Assembly: GCF_058153355.1 (NCBI RefSeq)
Contig: NZ_CM177019.1
Reading direction: 5' to 3' (one strand)
Length of the DNA stretch: 64,000 nucleotides
The notes under the pieces are model-generated. The model worked only from the letters and a program-made list of their open reading frames with translations, was not told the DNA's origin and did no database searches. Made by a program: the position numbers and the translations under genes. This document shows positions 12,045 to 22,962 of the stretch, one piece after another. Numbering within the stretch: position 1 is the stretch's first letter; every line of letters begins with the position of its first letter.

Positions 12045-13078
12045 ACGAAACTCCCGCACTGGCACCCGATGGTCAGCCGTACCGACTGTTAACTTTGCGT
12101 AACAACGCAGGGATGGTAGTCACGCTGATGGACTGGGGTGCGACTTTACTTTCCGCCCGTATTCCGCTTTCCGATGGCAGCGTCCGCGAGGCGCTGCTCG
12201 GCTGCGCCAGCCCGGAATGCTATCAGGATCAGGCCGCGTTTCTGGGGGCCTCTATTGGTCGTTATGCCAACCGCATCGCCAATAGCCGTTATACCTTTGA
12301 CGGTGAAACCGTGACGCTTTCGCCAAGTCAGGGCGTTAACCAGCTGCACGGCGGCCCGGAAGGGTTCGACAAACGTCGCTGGCAGATTGTGAATCAGAAC
12401 GATCGTCAGGTGCTATTTGCCCTGAGTTCAGAAGATGGCGATCAGGGCTTTCCGGGGAATCTCGGCGCGACAGTGCAGTATCGTCTGACCGACGATAACC
12501 GTATCTCCATTACTTATCGCGCCACGGTTGATAAACCTTGCCCGGTGAATATGACTAACCACGTCTATTTCAACCTCGACTGCGAGCAGTCTGACGTACG
12601 CAATCACAAGCTGCAGATTCTGGCAGACGAATATCTGCCGGTTGATGAAGGCGGCATTCCGCACGACGGCCTGAAATCTGTCGCCGGAACGTCTTTTGAT
12701 TTCCGCAGCGCCAAAATCATCGCCAGTGAATTTCTTGCCGACGATGATCAGCGCAAAGTGAAAGGTTACGATCATGCGTTCTTGTTACAGGCTAAAGGTG
12801 ATGGCAAGAAAGTGGCGGCGCATGTCTGGTCAGCAGATGAAAAATTGCAACTGAAGGTCTACACCACCGCTCCGGCTCTGCAATTTTACTCCGGCAACTT
12901 CCTTGGTGGCACGCCGTCACGGGGAACCGAACCTTACGCTGACTGGCAGGGACTGGCTCTGGAAAGCGAGTTTCTGCCGGACAGCCCAAACCACCCTGAA
13001 TGGCCGCAACCGGACTGCTTCCTGCGCCCTGGCGAAGAGTATTCCAGCCTGACTGAATATCAGTTTATTGCTGAATAA
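12038..13078 (+). CDS. galM: aldose 1-epimerase (galactose mutarotase)
   Basis: 346-aa ORF overlapping galK end by 7 nt; last gene of gal operon. Confidence 0.9.
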   Translation: MLNETPALAPDGQPYRLLTLRNNAGMVVTLMDWGATLLSARIPLSDGSVREALLGCASPECYQDQAAFLGASIGRYANRIANSRYTFDGETVTLSPSQGVNQLHGGPEGFDKRRWQIVNQNDRQVLFALSSEDGDQGFPGNLGATVQYRLTDDNRISITYRATVDKPCPVNMTNHVYFNLDCEQSDVRNHKLQILADEYLPVDEGGIPHDGLKSVAGTSFDFRSAKIIASEFLADDDQRKVKGYDHAFLLQAKGDGKKVAAHVWSADEKLQLKVYTTAPALQFYSGNFLGGTPSRGTEPYADWQGLALESEFLPDSPNHPEWPQPDCFLRPGEEYSSLTEYQFIAE

Positions 13079-13236
13079 CTTTAAGCCCTCGTCATGAGGG
13101 CTTTATCCTTATATTGCTCAAATCACCAGCAAACACCGACATATTTGCAACTCAATATTCACAACAACCTTACACTGCGACACTATTTTCGCTATGGTTA
13201 TGCGTAAGCATTGCCGTTGCTTCGTCACGGCAATAT

Positions 13237-13255
13237 AATGAGAATTATTATCATT
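13237..13255 (+). promoter_or_regulatory. candidate Fur box upstream of gpmA
   Basis: aatgagaattattatcatt resembles the GATAATGATAATCATTATC consensus; about 25 nt upstream of gpmA ATG. Confidence 0.4.
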
Positions 13256-13280
13256 AAAAGATGGTTTGAGGAGTAAGTAT

Positions 13281-14033
13281 ATGGCTGTAACTAAGCTGGT
13301 TCTGGTTCGTCATGGCGAAAGTCAGTGGAACAAAGAAAACCGTTTTACCGGTTGGTACGACGTGGATCTGTCTGAGAAAGGCGTAAGCGAAGCAAAAGCA
13401 GCTGGTAAGCTGCTGAAAGAGGAAGGTTACAGCTTTGATTTTGCTTACACCTCTGTGCTGAAACGCGCTATCCATACCCTGTGGAATGTGCTGGACGAAC
13501 TGGATCAGGCATGGCTGCCCGTTGAGAAATCCTGGAAACTGAACGAACGTCACTACGGTGCGTTGCAGGGTCTGAATAAAGCGGAAACCGCTGAAAAGTA
13601 TGGCGACGAGCAGGTGAAACAGTGGCGTCGTGGTTTTGCAGTGACTCCGCCGGAACTGACTAAAGATGATGAGCGTTATCCGGGTCACGATCCACGTTAC
13701 GCGAAGCTGAGCGAGAAAGAACTGCCACTGACGGAAAGCCTGGCGCTGACCATTGACCGCGTGATCCCTTACTGGAATGAAACCATTCTGCCGCGTATGA
13801 AGAGCGGTGAGCGCGTAATCATCGCCGCACACGGTAACTCGTTACGTGCGCTGGTGAAATATCTCGATAACATGAGCGAAGAAGAGATTCTTGAGCTGAA
13901 TATCCCGACTGGCGTGCCACTGGTTTATGAATTCGACGAGAATTTCAAACCGCTGAAACGCTATTATCTGGGTAATGCTGACGAGATCGCGGCGAAAGCA
14001 GCGGCCGTTGCTAACCAGGGTAAAGCGAAGTAA
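13281..14033 (+). CDS. gpmA: 2,3-bisphosphoglycerate-dependent phosphoglycerate mutase
   Basis: ORF 13266..14033; start at ATG 13281 ([20 protein letters not shown] catalytic motif) giving 250 aa. Confidence 0.9.
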
Positions 14034-14056
14034 ACGTCATTCGCTTAAAAATGAGA

Positions 14057-14086
14057 AAGCCGACTGCAAGTGAGTCGGCTTTTTTG
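14057..14086 (+). terminator. rho-independent terminator after gpmA
   Basis: Hairpin agccgact-gcaagtg-agtcggct followed by a T5 run. Confidence 0.6.
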
Positions 14087-14099
14087 TTGCTAACAATGG

Positions 14100-14190
14100 A
14101 GCACATTGCCTGATGCGACGCTGCGCGTCTTATCAGGCCTACGGTGATTCATCGGATAACCACTGTGACGGCGCATCCGACAATTAAACT
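14100..14190. repeat. REP-type extragenic palindromic element(s) between gpmA and aroG
   Basis: gcctgatgcgacgctgcgcgtcttatcaggcctac REP-like palindrome plus a second GC-rich palindrome. Confidence 0.5.
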
Positions 14191-15243
14191 TTACCCGCGA
14201 CGCGCTTTTACTGCATTCGCCAGTTGACGTAACAGAGCATCGGTATCTTCCCAGCCAATGCAGGCATCGGTGATGCTCTTGCCATAGGCCAGCGGTTCCC
14301 CACTCTCGAGGCTCTGATTGCCTTCCACCAGATGGCTTTCCACCATCACGCCAATAATGGCCTTTTCGCCACCGGCAATCTGCTGGCAAACGTCAGCACA
14401 AACATCCATCTGCTTTTTGAATTGTTTCGACGAGTTAGCATGGCTGAAATCGATCATCACCTGTGCTGGCAGGCCTGCCTTGTTCAGCCCTTCTTTCACT
14501 TCAGCAACGTGCTTCGCGCTGTAGTTAGGCTCTTTACCGCCGCGCAGAATGATATGGCAATCGCCGTTACCGCTGGTATTCACAATCGCCGAATGCCCCC
14601 ATTTCGTTACGGACAGGAAGCAGTGCGGCGCACCGGCGGCATTAATAGCATCGATAGCCACTTTAATCGTACCGTCGGTGCCATTTTTGAAGCCGACCGG
14701 ACAAGAAAGCCCTGATGCCAGTTCGCGGTGCACCTGCGATTCCGTGGTACGTGCGCCAATTGCGCCCCAGCTCATCAGGTCAGCGAGATATTGTGGGGTG
14801 ATCATATCCAGGAATTCACCCGCCGCTGGCAGACCGCTGTCGTTAATATCGAGCAGCAATTTGCGGGCAATACGCAGACCGTCGTTGATCTGGAAGCTGT
14901 TATCCATATGCGGATCGTTAATCAGCCCTTTCCAGCCCACCGTGGTACGCGGCTTTTCAAAATAGACGCGCATCACGATCTCCAGCTCATCTTGCAGCTC
15001 TTCACGCAGCGCCAGCAAGCGAGTGGCATACTCTTTAGCCGCGACGGGATCATGAATAGAACACGGACCAATCACCACCAACAGGCGATCATCATTACCT
15101 TTCAGGATCTTATGGATCGCTTTTCGGGCATGGGCAACCGTATTCGCGGCATTTTCAGTAGCAGGGAATTTTTCCAGCAATGCGACAGGAGGAAGTAACT
15201 CTTTGATTTCTTTGATGCGTAAATCGTCGTTCTGATAATTCAT
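14191..15243 (-). CDS. aroG: DAHP synthase, Phe-sensitive
   Basis: 350-aa ORF MNYQNDDLRIKEIKELLPPVALLEKFPATENAANTVAHARKAIHKILKGNDDRLLVVIGPCSIHD... Confidence 0.9.
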   Translation of the reverse strand: MNYQNDDLRIKEIKELLPPVALLEKFPATENAANTVAHARKAIHKILKGNDDRLLVVIGPCSIHDPVAAKEYATRLLALREELQDELEIVMRVYFEKPRTTVGWKGLINDPHMDNSFQINDGLRIARKLLLDINDSGLPAAGEFLDMITPQYLADLMSWGAIGARTTESQVHRELASGLSCPVGFKNGTDGTIKVAIDAINAAGAPHCFLSVTKWGHSAIVNTSGNGDCHIILRGGKEPNYSAKHVAEVKEGLNKAGLPAQVMIDFSHANSSKQFKKQMDVCADVCQQIAGGEKAIIGVMVESHLVEGNQSLESGEPLAYGKSITDACIGWEDTDALLRQLANAVKARRG

Positions 15244-15313
15244 GTCTGTTCCAGTGTTGCCATACTTATCTTAGTGAATGCAATACTTCCAATCTATATC
15301 TTCCGTCAGAATG

Positions 15314-15331
15314 TGTAAACGGGGTTTTACA
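15314..15331. promoter_or_regulatory. TyrR box upstream of aroG
   Basis: Perfect TGTAAA-N6-TTTACA (tgtaaacggggttttaca) about 70 bp upstream of aroG start. Confidence 0.65.
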
Positions 15332-15558
15332 CTATGAACGGATTAATCCTGGAATTAGCAAGAAAAACGCCAGATTGTCGCGAAAAACGAGATCTCTCCT
15401 ACAATTTCTAACTGTAACTCCTTTGTTTGTTAATTATTTCAAGATTCTCTGCTGCGTTTTATAACCTGGCTGAAATCTTAAACCATTGCCTTATATTCAC
15501 CTGCAAATGCACTGTTGGAAGAGGTTATCCGACATAACGACCATAACAGGAGCATCCT

Positions 15559-15939
15559 ATGAAAATGACAAAACTGGCCACACTATTTCTGACTGCCACT
15601 CTAAGCCTTGCCAGCGGAGCCGCACTGGCTGACGATAGCGGAGCGCAAAGCAATAACGGCCAGGCAAACGCCGCAGCTGATGCGGGCCAGGTAGCCCCTG
15701 ATGCCCGTGAAAATGTCGCGCCAAATAACGTCGACAATAACGGGGTAAATACCGGTTCTGGCGGCACAATGCTGCATCCGGATGGTTCTTCAATGAACAA
15801 TGACGGCATGACCAAAGATGAAGAGCACAAGAACACCATGTGCAAAGATGGTCGCTGCCCGGATATCAATAAAAAAGTCCAAACCGGTGATGGCATCAAC
15901 AATGATGTCGATACCAAAACCGACGGTACCACGCAGTAA
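15559..15939 (+). CDS. ybgS: secreted Gly/Asn/Asp-rich protein YbgS
   Basis: 126-aa ORF with signal peptide [24 protein letters not shown] and low-complexity N/D/G-rich body. Confidence 0.8.
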   Translation: MKMTKLATLFLTATLSLASGAALADDSGAQSNNGQANAAADAGQVAPDARENVAPNNVDNNGVNTGSGGTMLHPDGSSMNNDGMTKDEEHKNTMCKDGRCPDINKKVQTGDGINNDVDTKTDGTTQ

Positions 15940-16052
15940 CCCTGCGAAATAGCCAATAATGGGAGAGCGGAGTCTCTCCCTTTTAATTTTTCCCTTCTAA
16001 AAGCAGTATGATGTCATAAAGTTAAGTGAGAATAATTAAGGGATGACTCGTC

Positions 16053-16994
16053 ATGGCGCACTCACACTCACACACTTCCTCACACCTGCCAGAAGATAAT
16101 AATGCTCGTCGCTTGTTGTATGCTTTCGGCGTGACTGCCGGGTTTATGCTCGTAGAAGTCATTGGTGGTTTTCTTTCCGGTTCTCTGGCATTGCTGGCCG
16201 ATGCGGGTCATATGTTGACCGATACTGCCGCCCTGCTTTTCGCCCTACTCGCAGTGCAATTTTCCCGTCGTCCTCCCACCATTCGCCACACTTTCGGTTG
16301 GCTAAGATTGACCACGCTCGCGGCGTTTGTGAATGCTATTGCTCTGGTGGTGATTACCATTTTGATTGTCTGGGAGGCGATAGAACGCTTCCGCACGCCG
16401 CGTCCGGTCGAGGGTGGCATGATGATGGCTATTGCCGTGGCTGGGCTGCTGGCAAATATACTTTCTTTCTGGTTACTTCATCACGGCAGCGAAGAGAAAA
16501 ACCTCAACGTGCGCGCAGCGGCACTGCATGTGCTCGGAGACCTGCTGGGTTCGGTTGGGGCTATTATTGCCGCGTTGATTATTATCTGGACCGGCTGGAC
16601 ACCTGCTGACCCCATTCTCTCAATACTGGTATCGCTTCTGGTTCTGCGTAGCGCCTGGCGGCTATTGAAAGACAGCGTGAATGAATTACTTGAAGGTGCG
16701 CCAGTTTCGCTGGATATCGCTGAAATGAAACGTCGTATGTGCCGGGAAATTCCGGAAGTCCGTAATGTACACCATGTACATGTATGGATGGTAGGCGAGA
16801 AGCCAGTGATGACACTACATGTACAGGTGATCCCGCCACACGATCACGACGCGTTGTTGGATCAGATCCAACATTATCTGATGGATCACTATCAGATTGC
16901 ACACGCCACTATTCAGATGGAATATCAACCTTGTCATGGGCCAGACTGCCACCTGAATGAAGGGGTGTCTGGCCATTCACATCATCATCATTAA
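16053..16994 (+). CDS. zitB: cation-diffusion-facilitator Zn(II) efflux transporter
   Basis: 313-aa ORF with His-rich N and C termini and six TM segments. Confidence 0.9.
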   Translation: MAHSHSHTSSHLPEDNNARRLLYAFGVTAGFMLVEVIGGFLSGSLALLADAGHMLTDTAALLFALLAVQFSRRPPTIRHTFGWLRLTTLAAFVNAIALVVITILIVWEAIERFRTPRPVEGGMMMAIAVAGLLANILSFWLLHHGSEEKNLNVRAAALHVLGDLLGSVGAIIAALIIIWTGWTPADPILSILVSLLVLRSAWRLLKDSVNELLEGAPVSLDIAEMKRRMCREIPEVRNVHHVHVWMVGEKPVMTLHVQVIPPHDHDALLDQIQHYLMDHYQIAHATIQMEYQPCHGPDCHLNEGVSGHSHHHH

Positions 16995-17710
16995 TGGGAC
17001 AGCGCGCGTGAACCTCTTTCGCGTGCGCTGTTGATCCACATCCGGCTGCCGTTGAGGGCAATAAAGGTCAGGATGATGTACTCCAGAGACATGGCGTAAA
17101 CGCCCTGAAGTGCAAAAATAACGACGCTAATCACGTTAATAATCACCCACAATAGCCAGTTTTCCACATACTTACGCGTCATCAGAATCATTGCCACGAT
17201 AGATAACACCATCATGCATGAATCCCAGAACGGGAAAGCGTCCGGCTGTAGTTCAGGCATCGCAACCTGTAATCCTAATGCTTGCATGATCATGACTGCC
17301 ACGCGGGTCAAAAATGCAAACACCGGATTGATAAATACCGTCATCAGACCAATCGAAACAACGCAAACCGCCAACCAGCTGAGCGCCTTCGGCAATGGCA
17401 ACCAGCGAATTTTTAACTCAGCCTCGTTCTGACTGGTTTGTCGCGACCACGCATACCAGCCGTAAATATTCGCGGCAAAGAAAAACACCTGTAGTAGCAG
17501 GCTGGCATACAGCTGAATCTGAAAGAAAATAATGCCAAACAAGGTGACGTTGATCAGGCCAAAGAAGTAGTTGCTGATCTTCTCCAGACTGGCAAGGCCA
17601 ATACACAGCAACCCGGCGATCGTGCCTACCGCTTCGATCCATGAGAGATCATAACCGCCTGCTCCTATTGGTATATGTACCAGGATATTCTGCACACTAA
17701 AAAAATCCAT
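16991..17710 (-). CDS. pnuC: nicotinamide riboside transporter
   Basis: 239-aa hydrophobic ORF; convergent with zitB (4-nt overlap); adjacent to nadA. Confidence 0.9.
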   Translation of the reverse strand: MDFFSVQNILVHIPIGAGGYDLSWIEAVGTIAGLLCIGLASLEKISNYFFGLINVTLFGIIFFQIQLYASLLLQVFFFAANIYGWYAWSRQTSQNEAELKIRWLPLPKALSWLAVCVVSIGLMTVFINPVFAFLTRVAVMIMQALGLQVAMPELQPDAFPFWDSCMMVLSIVAMILMTRKYVENWLLWVIINVISVVIFALQGVYAMSLEYIILTFIALNGSRMWINSARERGSRALSH

Positions 17711-17747
17711 CTTTCCCCCAAAGCGTAACGTGACGCCTTATTATTAG

Positions 17748-18791
17748 TTATCCACGTAGTGTAGCCGCAAAATCCAGCATACGATTGAGCGGCACCAGCG
17801 CCTTCTCTCGCAGCTTTTCCTCAACATGAACCTCGTGATTGCTTCCTTCCTGTTCTAATGCCTCTGCGATGGCCTGAAGGCCATTCATGGCCATCCACGG
17901 ACAATGCGCGCAGCTGCGGCAGGTTGCGCCCTCACCCGCGGTTGGTGCTTCCAGTAACTCTTTATCTGGCACCGCCTGCTGCATTTTGTAGAAAATACCC
18001 CGATCGGTTGCCACGATAAGTCGCTGATGTGGCAATGTTTTCGCAGCAGCGATCAGTTGACTGGTGGAACCGACCGCATCCGCCATATCTACAATAGCTT
18101 GCGGTGATTCTGGATGCACCAGTATGGCAGCATCCGGGTATTCTTCTTGCAAGCGGGTTAACGCCTGAGTCTTAAACTCATCATGCACAATGCAGGCACC
18201 CTGCCAGCATAAAATGTCTGCGCCCGTCTGTTTTTGCACGTAACGCCCCAGATGTTTGTCGGGTGCCCAGATGATTTTTTCACCCAAACTATCCAGATGA
18301 TCAATAAGTTCGACGGCAATGCTTGAAGTTACCACCCAATCTGCGCGCGCTTTTACCGCAGCAGAAGTGTTGGCGTAGACGACGACAGTACGATCGGGAT
18401 GGGCATCGCAAAATGCGTTAAATTCTTCAACAGGGCAGCCGAGATCCAGTGAACATTCAGCCTGAAGTGTCGGCATCAGAATTGTTTTTTCCGGACTGAG
18501 AATTTTGGCGGTTTCTCCCATAAATCTCACCCCAGCGACTAACAACGTAGAAGCGGGATGCTTTGCACCGAAGCGCGCCATTTCCAGAGAATCAGAAATA
18601 CAGCCACCGGTTTCTTCTGCCAGTTGTTGAATTTCGGGATCGGTATAGTAGTGGGCAACCATCACCGCATTACGTTCTTTTAGCAGACGTTTTATCTTCT
18701 CGCGGTAATACGCTTTTTCATCAATGCTTAACAGCGTCGGCTTCGGGGGGAAAGGATAAATCGCCGCTTCAGGATCAAACATCACGCTCAT
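17748..18791 (-). CDS. nadA: quinolinate synthase
   Basis: 347-aa [21 protein letters not shown]... Confidence 0.9.
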   Translation of the reverse strand: MSVMFDPEAAIYPFPPKPTLLSIDEKAYYREKIKRLLKERNAVMVAHYYTDPEIQQLAEETGGCISDSLEMARFGAKHPASTLLVAGVRFMGETAKILSPEKTILMPTLQAECSLDLGCPVEEFNAFCDAHPDRTVVVYANTSAAVKARADWVVTSSIAVELIDHLDSLGEKIIWAPDKHLGRYVQKQTGADILCWQGACIVHDEFKTQALTRLQEEYPDAAILVHPESPQAIVDMADAVGSTSQLIAAAKTLPHQRLIVATDRGIFYKMQQAVPDKELLEAPTAGEGATCRSCAHCPWMAMNGLQAIAEALEQEGSNHEVHVEEKLREKALVPLNRMLDFAATLRG

Positions 18792-18863
18792 CTTACCATC
18801 TCGTTTTACAGGCTTAACATTAAAACCGACATAAGCGTGATATTCGCTATTATCGGCATGATT

Positions 18864-18881
18864 TGTTTTATATGCTAAACA
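18864..18881. promoter_or_regulatory. candidate NadR operator upstream of nadA
   Basis: tgttttatatgctaaaca matches TGTTTA-N6-TAAACA with one mismatch, about 75 bp upstream of nadA. Confidence 0.5.
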
Positions 18882-19037
18882 AGATAGTCGAATGGTGGGG
18901 AAAAGTCACTCGAAATACGTATGAGATGACGAATGCCACACTTTGCGTCTTATTCCTCCGACGTAGAGTCGTTTACGCAGCAAGCGCGGAGTATGTCATC
19001 AGGGTCAAGAATTGAAATTGAGAGATGCCTGAATAGC

Positions 19038-19064
19038 AAAAAAGCGCCTTTAGGGCGCTTTTTT
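19038..19064 (-). terminator. bidirectional rho-independent terminator at end of tRNA array
   Basis: A6-GCGCC-tttag-GGCGC-T6 hairpin. Confidence 0.7.
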
Positions 19065-19068
19065 ACAT

Positions 19069-19190
19069 TGGTGGGTCGTGCAGGATGACTCACTTCGCTC
19101 GCCCTTCGGGCCGTCGCCGCAAGCGGCTCCGTTGTTTCGCTGCGCTCTACTCGAACCTGCAGCAGGTTCGAATCTTTGAATATCGCAGAT
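19069..19190 (-). other. decayed tRNA-Lys remnant (3'-terminal 17 nt plus degenerate T-arm-like fragment)
   Basis: tggtgggtcgtgcagga (complement of tRNA-Lys 3' end incl. CCA) followed by non-tRNA sequence containing ctcgaacctgcagcaggttcgaatc; flanked on both sides by identical terminator hairpins. Confidence 0.5.
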
Positions 19191-19193
19191 AGC

Positions 19194-19220
19194 AAAAAAG
19201 CGCCTTTAGGGCGCTTTTTT
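19194..19220 (-). terminator. second copy of the same terminator hairpin immediately 3' of tRNA-Lys 19225-19300
   Basis: Identical A6-GCGCC-tttag-GGCGC-T6. Confidence 0.65.
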
Positions 19221-19224
19221 ACAT

Positions 19225-19300
19225 TGGTGGGTCGTGCAGGATTCGAACCTGCGACCAATTGATTAAAAGTCAACTGCTCTACCAACTGAGCTAACGACCC
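19225..19300 (-). tRNA. tRNA-Lys (anticodon UUU)
   Basis: 76-nt exact reverse-complement match to the E. coli tRNA-Lys sequence as recalled, CCA encoded. Confidence 0.9.
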
Positions 19301-19348
19301 ATACGGGTGTTACCTGAATGATTTCTACTCGGGACCAATCTTTAATAT

Positions 19349-19419
19349 TGGTGGATCGTGCAGGATGACTCGCTTCGCTCGCCCTACGGGCCGTTGCTGG
19401 CGCAACGTTATCCTTCACG
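19349..19419 (-). repeat. spacer repeat unit beginning with a tRNA-Lys 3'-end mimic (one mismatch)
   Basis: tggtggatcgtgcagga + tgactcgcttcgctcgccctacgggccgttgctggcgcaacgttatccttcacg; near-identical to the copy at 19841-19913. Confidence 0.7.
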
Positions 19420-19446
19420 CTTAACATCTGAGTTTGATGTTAAAAC

Positions 19447-19522
19447 TGGTGGGTCGTGCAGGATTCGAACCTGCGACCAATTGATTAAAAGTCAACTGCT
19501 CTACCAACTGAGCTAACGACCC
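19447..19522 (-). tRNA. tRNA-Lys (anticodon UUU)
   Basis: 76-nt exact match to the tRNA-Lys copy at 19225-19300. Confidence 0.9.
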
Positions 19523-19525
19523 GAG

Positions 19526-19601
19526 TGGTGGGTGATGACGGGATCGAACCGCCGACCCCCTCCTTGTAAGGGAGGTGCTCTCCCAGCTGAGCTAATCACC
19601 C
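19526..19601 (-). tRNA. tRNA-Val (anticodon UAC)
   Basis: 76-nt reverse-complement match to E. coli tRNA-Val(UAC) as recalled; 3-nt spacer to the adjacent tRNA-Lys. Confidence 0.9.
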
Positions 19602-19651
19602 GATACTGCGCTGGATACTACAAACTACTTCCACCGAACCCACCGCATTAG

Positions 19652-19727
19652 TGGTGGGTCGTGCAGGATTCGAACCTGCGACCAATTGATTAAAAGTCAA
19701 CTGCTCTACCAACTGAGCTAACGACCC
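19652..19727 (-). tRNA. tRNA-Lys (anticodon UUU)
   Basis: 76-nt exact match to the other tRNA-Lys copies. Confidence 0.9.
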
Positions 19728-19729
19728 GG

Positions 19730-19805
19730 TGGTGGGTGATGACGGGATCGAACCGCCGACCCCCTCCTTGTAAGGGAGGTGCTCTCCCAGCTGAGCTAAT
19801 CACCC
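19730..19805 (-). tRNA. tRNA-Val (anticodon UAC)
   Basis: 76-nt match identical to copy at 19526-19601; 2-nt spacer to tRNA-Lys. Confidence 0.9.
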
Positions 19806-19840
19806 GATACTACGCTGGATACTACAACTAACTAGGTTAG

Positions 19841-19913
19841 TGGTGGGTCGTGCAGGATGACTCGACTTCGTCTCGCCCTTCGGGCCGTTGCTGACGCAAC
19901 GTTATCCTTCACG
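19841..19913 (-). repeat. spacer repeat unit beginning with an exact tRNA-Lys 3'-end mimic
   Basis: tggtgggtcgtgcagga + tgactcgacttcgtctcgcccttcgggccgttgctgacgcaacgttatccttcacg. Confidence 0.7.
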
Positions 19914-19940
19914 TTTTACTACCGCTTCCACCTTAGCGAT

Positions 19941-20016
19941 TGGTGGGTCGTGCAGGATTCGAACCTGCGACCAATTGATTAAAAGTCAACTGCTCTACCA
20001 ACTGAGCTAACGACCC
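19941..20016 (-). tRNA. lysT: tRNA-Lys (anticodon UUU), first gene of the array
   Basis: 76-nt exact match; promoter-proximal position. Confidence 0.85.
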
Positions 20017-20180
20017 ACTTTTTCGTTGCTTTCGGTTTGTTTGATATCCCGTGGCAACGGCGGCATATATTACTGATTTCAGACTTGAGCGCAACAAAAA
20101 TTTCGATGTAGATCACTCAACTGCTTATGATTCGCACGACACGACCAGAAATAATGCGACTTCTGGTCGTGTGTTATGCA

Positions 20181-20972
20181 TTACATCGCGTTCAGACGTT
20201 TTTGCGCCTGTTTTGCGCCATCAGTCCCAGGGTATTTACTGATAACCTGCTGATATACAGCTTTCGCTTTTGCGGTGTCACCTTTGTCCTGCATGATGAC
20301 GCCGACTTTAAACATCGCATCTGCAGCCTTCGGTGACTTCGGATAGTTTTTCACTACCGAAGCAAAATAGTACGCCGCATCATCTTTTTTACCCTTGTTG
20401 TAGTTTAACTGACCCAGCCAATAATTGGCGTTTGGCAGATAAGTTGAATCAGGGTAATTTTTGATGAAATTCTGAAATGCCACCATTGCGTCATCCTGGC
20501 GGGATTTATCCTGCACCAGCGCAATAGCTGCATTGTAATCCGTGTTTGCATCACCGCTTTTCACCGGCGCGCCAGCATTCGCAGTACCAGCATCAGCTGT
20601 CGGCGTCGTTGATGCCGCCGCACCGCTTTGATCGCCGCTGGTTGATTGCGCCGCTGCACCACCGCTGCTGAGGCTATCGATCTGCAACAGGATCTGCTTT
20701 TGCCGCTCCACGACCTGATTCAGTTGATACTGATTTTCCTGAATCTGACCACGCAGGGAATCAATATCGGATTGATTATCAGAGAGTTGTTGCTGGAGTT
20801 GGGTTAAAAGCTGGCTGTGAGCATTAGAAATACGCTCAAGTTGAGTGACGCGGTCTTCGACCGAGCCTGAGCCGACACTACTGATTGGTGCCTGAGCAAA
20901 AGCGGCCCAGGGGGCCGCTATACCAACCAGTAACGACAGACTCAATAGTTGATGTCTGAAGTTACTGCTCAT
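20181..20972 (-). CDS. cpoB: cell-division coordinator CpoB (YbgF), TPR protein
   Basis: 263-aa ORF with signal peptide, coiled-coil and TPR-like repeats; downstream of pal. Confidence 0.9.
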   Translation of the reverse strand: MSSNFRHQLLSLSLLVGIAAPWAAFAQAPISSVGSGSVEDRVTQLERISNAHSQLLTQLQQQLSDNQSDIDSLRGQIQENQYQLNQVVERQKQILLQIDSLSSGGAAAQSTSGDQSGAAASTTPTADAGTANAGAPVKSGDANTDYNAAIALVQDKSRQDDAMVAFQNFIKNYPDSTYLPNANYWLGQLNYNKGKKDDAAYYFASVVKNYPKSPKAADAMFKVGVIMQDKGDTAKAKAVYQQVISKYPGTDGAKQAQKRLNAM

Positions 20973-20981
20973 GCAATTCTC

Positions 20982-21527
<546 letters not shown>

Positions 21528-21537
21528 TTAATTATTA

Positions 21538-22830
21538 TCACAGATACGGCGACCAGGCAGGGAATTTGACCTGTCCATCAGTTGCCGGAAGACGCGCTTT
21601 GAAACGCCCATCTGTAGAAACCAAATTCAGCACAGATCCCATCCCCTGAGAAGAGCTGTAGATTACCATAGTGCCGTTAGGTGCCAGACTTGGCGTTTCA
21701 TCCAGGAACGTGGACGACAGAACTTGTACGCCTCCCGTTGCCAGATCTTGTTTGGCAATGTGCTGCTGCCCACCATTGGAGCTGACCATTACCATAAATT
21801 TACCGTCGCTGCTGACATCCGCATCCTGGTTCTGCGAACCTTCCCAGGTAATACGTTGTGGCGCACCGCCGTTGATATTCACTTTATAAACCTGCGGACG
21901 ACCGGCCTGGTCAGAAGAAAATGCCAGGTTCTGGCTGTCCGGGAACCAGGTCGGTTCGGTATTGTTACTGCGACCATCAGTCACCTGGCGGATCTGACCA
22001 GAAGCCAAATCCATTACGTACAGGTTCAGGCTACCGGTTTTCGACAAGGCGAATGCCAGTTTGCTGCCGTCTGGCGAGAATGCAGGGGCACCGTTGTGAC
22101 GCGGGAATGAAGCCACCTGACGTACAGCACCATTTGCCAGCGTTTGGATGACCAGCGCTGAACGACCGCTCTCGAAAGTCACATAGGCCAGTTTAGAACC
22201 ATCCGGTGACCATGCCGGAGACATCAGCGGCTGCGGAGAACGGTGAACGACAAACTGGTTGTAACCGTCATAGTCAGATACGCGCAGTTCATACGGGAAC
22301 TGACCGCCGTTGGTCTGAACAACGTAGGCAATACGAGTACGGAACGCACCTTTAATGCCGGTCAGTTTTTCAAACACTTCATCACTGGCGGTATGACCAG
22401 CATAACGCAGCCACTGCTTGTTCACTTTGTACGAATTCTGAGCAAGTACAGTACCCGGTGCGCCGCCAGTGTCAACCAGCTGATAGGCAACATTGTAAGA
22501 GCCGTCCGGATTCGGAGTGACCTGGCCGACAACCACAGCGTCAATACCCAGCGCAGACCATGCTGCTGGTTGTACTTCCTGTGCACTACCCGGCTGCTGT
22601 GGCAAACGAGCACGATCTAAGGGATTAAATTTACCGCTGTTACGCAAGTCAGCAGCAACGATGCCGCCAATATCTTCAGGTGCAGCACCAGGACCCGCCC
22701 ACTGGAAAGGAACTACGCCAATAGGACGACCGGAATCTACACCGCTGTCGATCACAATGCGGACTTCAGCGTGCAGAACTGATGCCCACAGTATGAGAAA
22801 ACCAAATGCTACTCGTAATGCCTGCTTCAT
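21538..22830 (-). CDS. tolB: Tol-Pal system periplasmic beta-propeller protein
   Basis: ORF 21538..22833; start at second Met ([21 protein letters not shown]...) giving 430 aa. Confidence 0.95.
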   Translation of the reverse strand: MKQALRVAFGFLILWASVLHAEVRIVIDSGVDSGRPIGVVPFQWAGPGAAPEDIGGIVAADLRNSGKFNPLDRARLPQQPGSAQEVQPAAWSALGIDAVVVGQVTPNPDGSYNVAYQLVDTGGAPGTVLAQNSYKVNKQWLRYAGHTASDEVFEKLTGIKGAFRTRIAYVVQTNGGQFPYELRVSDYDGYNQFVVHRSPQPLMSPAWSPDGSKLAYVTFESGRSALVIQTLANGAVRQVASFPRHNGAPAFSPDGSKLAFALSKTGSLNLYVMDLASGQIRQVTDGRSNNTEPTWFPDSQNLAFSSDQAGRPQVYKVNINGGAPQRITWEGSQNQDADVSSDGKFMVMVSSNGGQQHIAKQDLATGGVQVLSSTFLDETPSLAPNGTMVIYSSSQGMGSVLNLVSTDGRFKARLPATDGQVKFPAWSPYL

Positions 22831-22962
22831 CATATCTCCCTTATCTGGACCGATGGCCCACGATAATTTAGCAGAATGTTAACAAACTAAAATACACAAA
22901 ACTACCAGAACCCCGTGTCAACCGGTGCCTGATGTTGACCGTTGGAACAATCAACATCGTGA

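Noticed and set aside
18950-19285. 111-aa minus-strand ORF spanning the tRNA array end
   Set aside because: Overlaps a tRNA gene, terminators and the tRNA remnant; it even repeats the same peptide segment (PARPTNVKKRPKGAFLL) twice because it reads through the duplicated tRNA-3'-end/terminator modules.
19069-19913. Possible CRISPR array, given regularly repeated units in the tRNA region (and the tandem BIME units at 51476-51760)
   Set aside because: Repeats are 70-95 bp, lack unique intervening spacers of CRISPR type, are tRNA- or REP-derived, and no cas genes are present in the window.
20140-20180. Inverted repeat cacgaccagaa...ttctggtcgtg downstream of cpoB as an intrinsic terminator
   Set aside because: Stem is present but no U-tract follows on the transcribed strand; may be a rho-dependent or processing site, not confidently a terminator.
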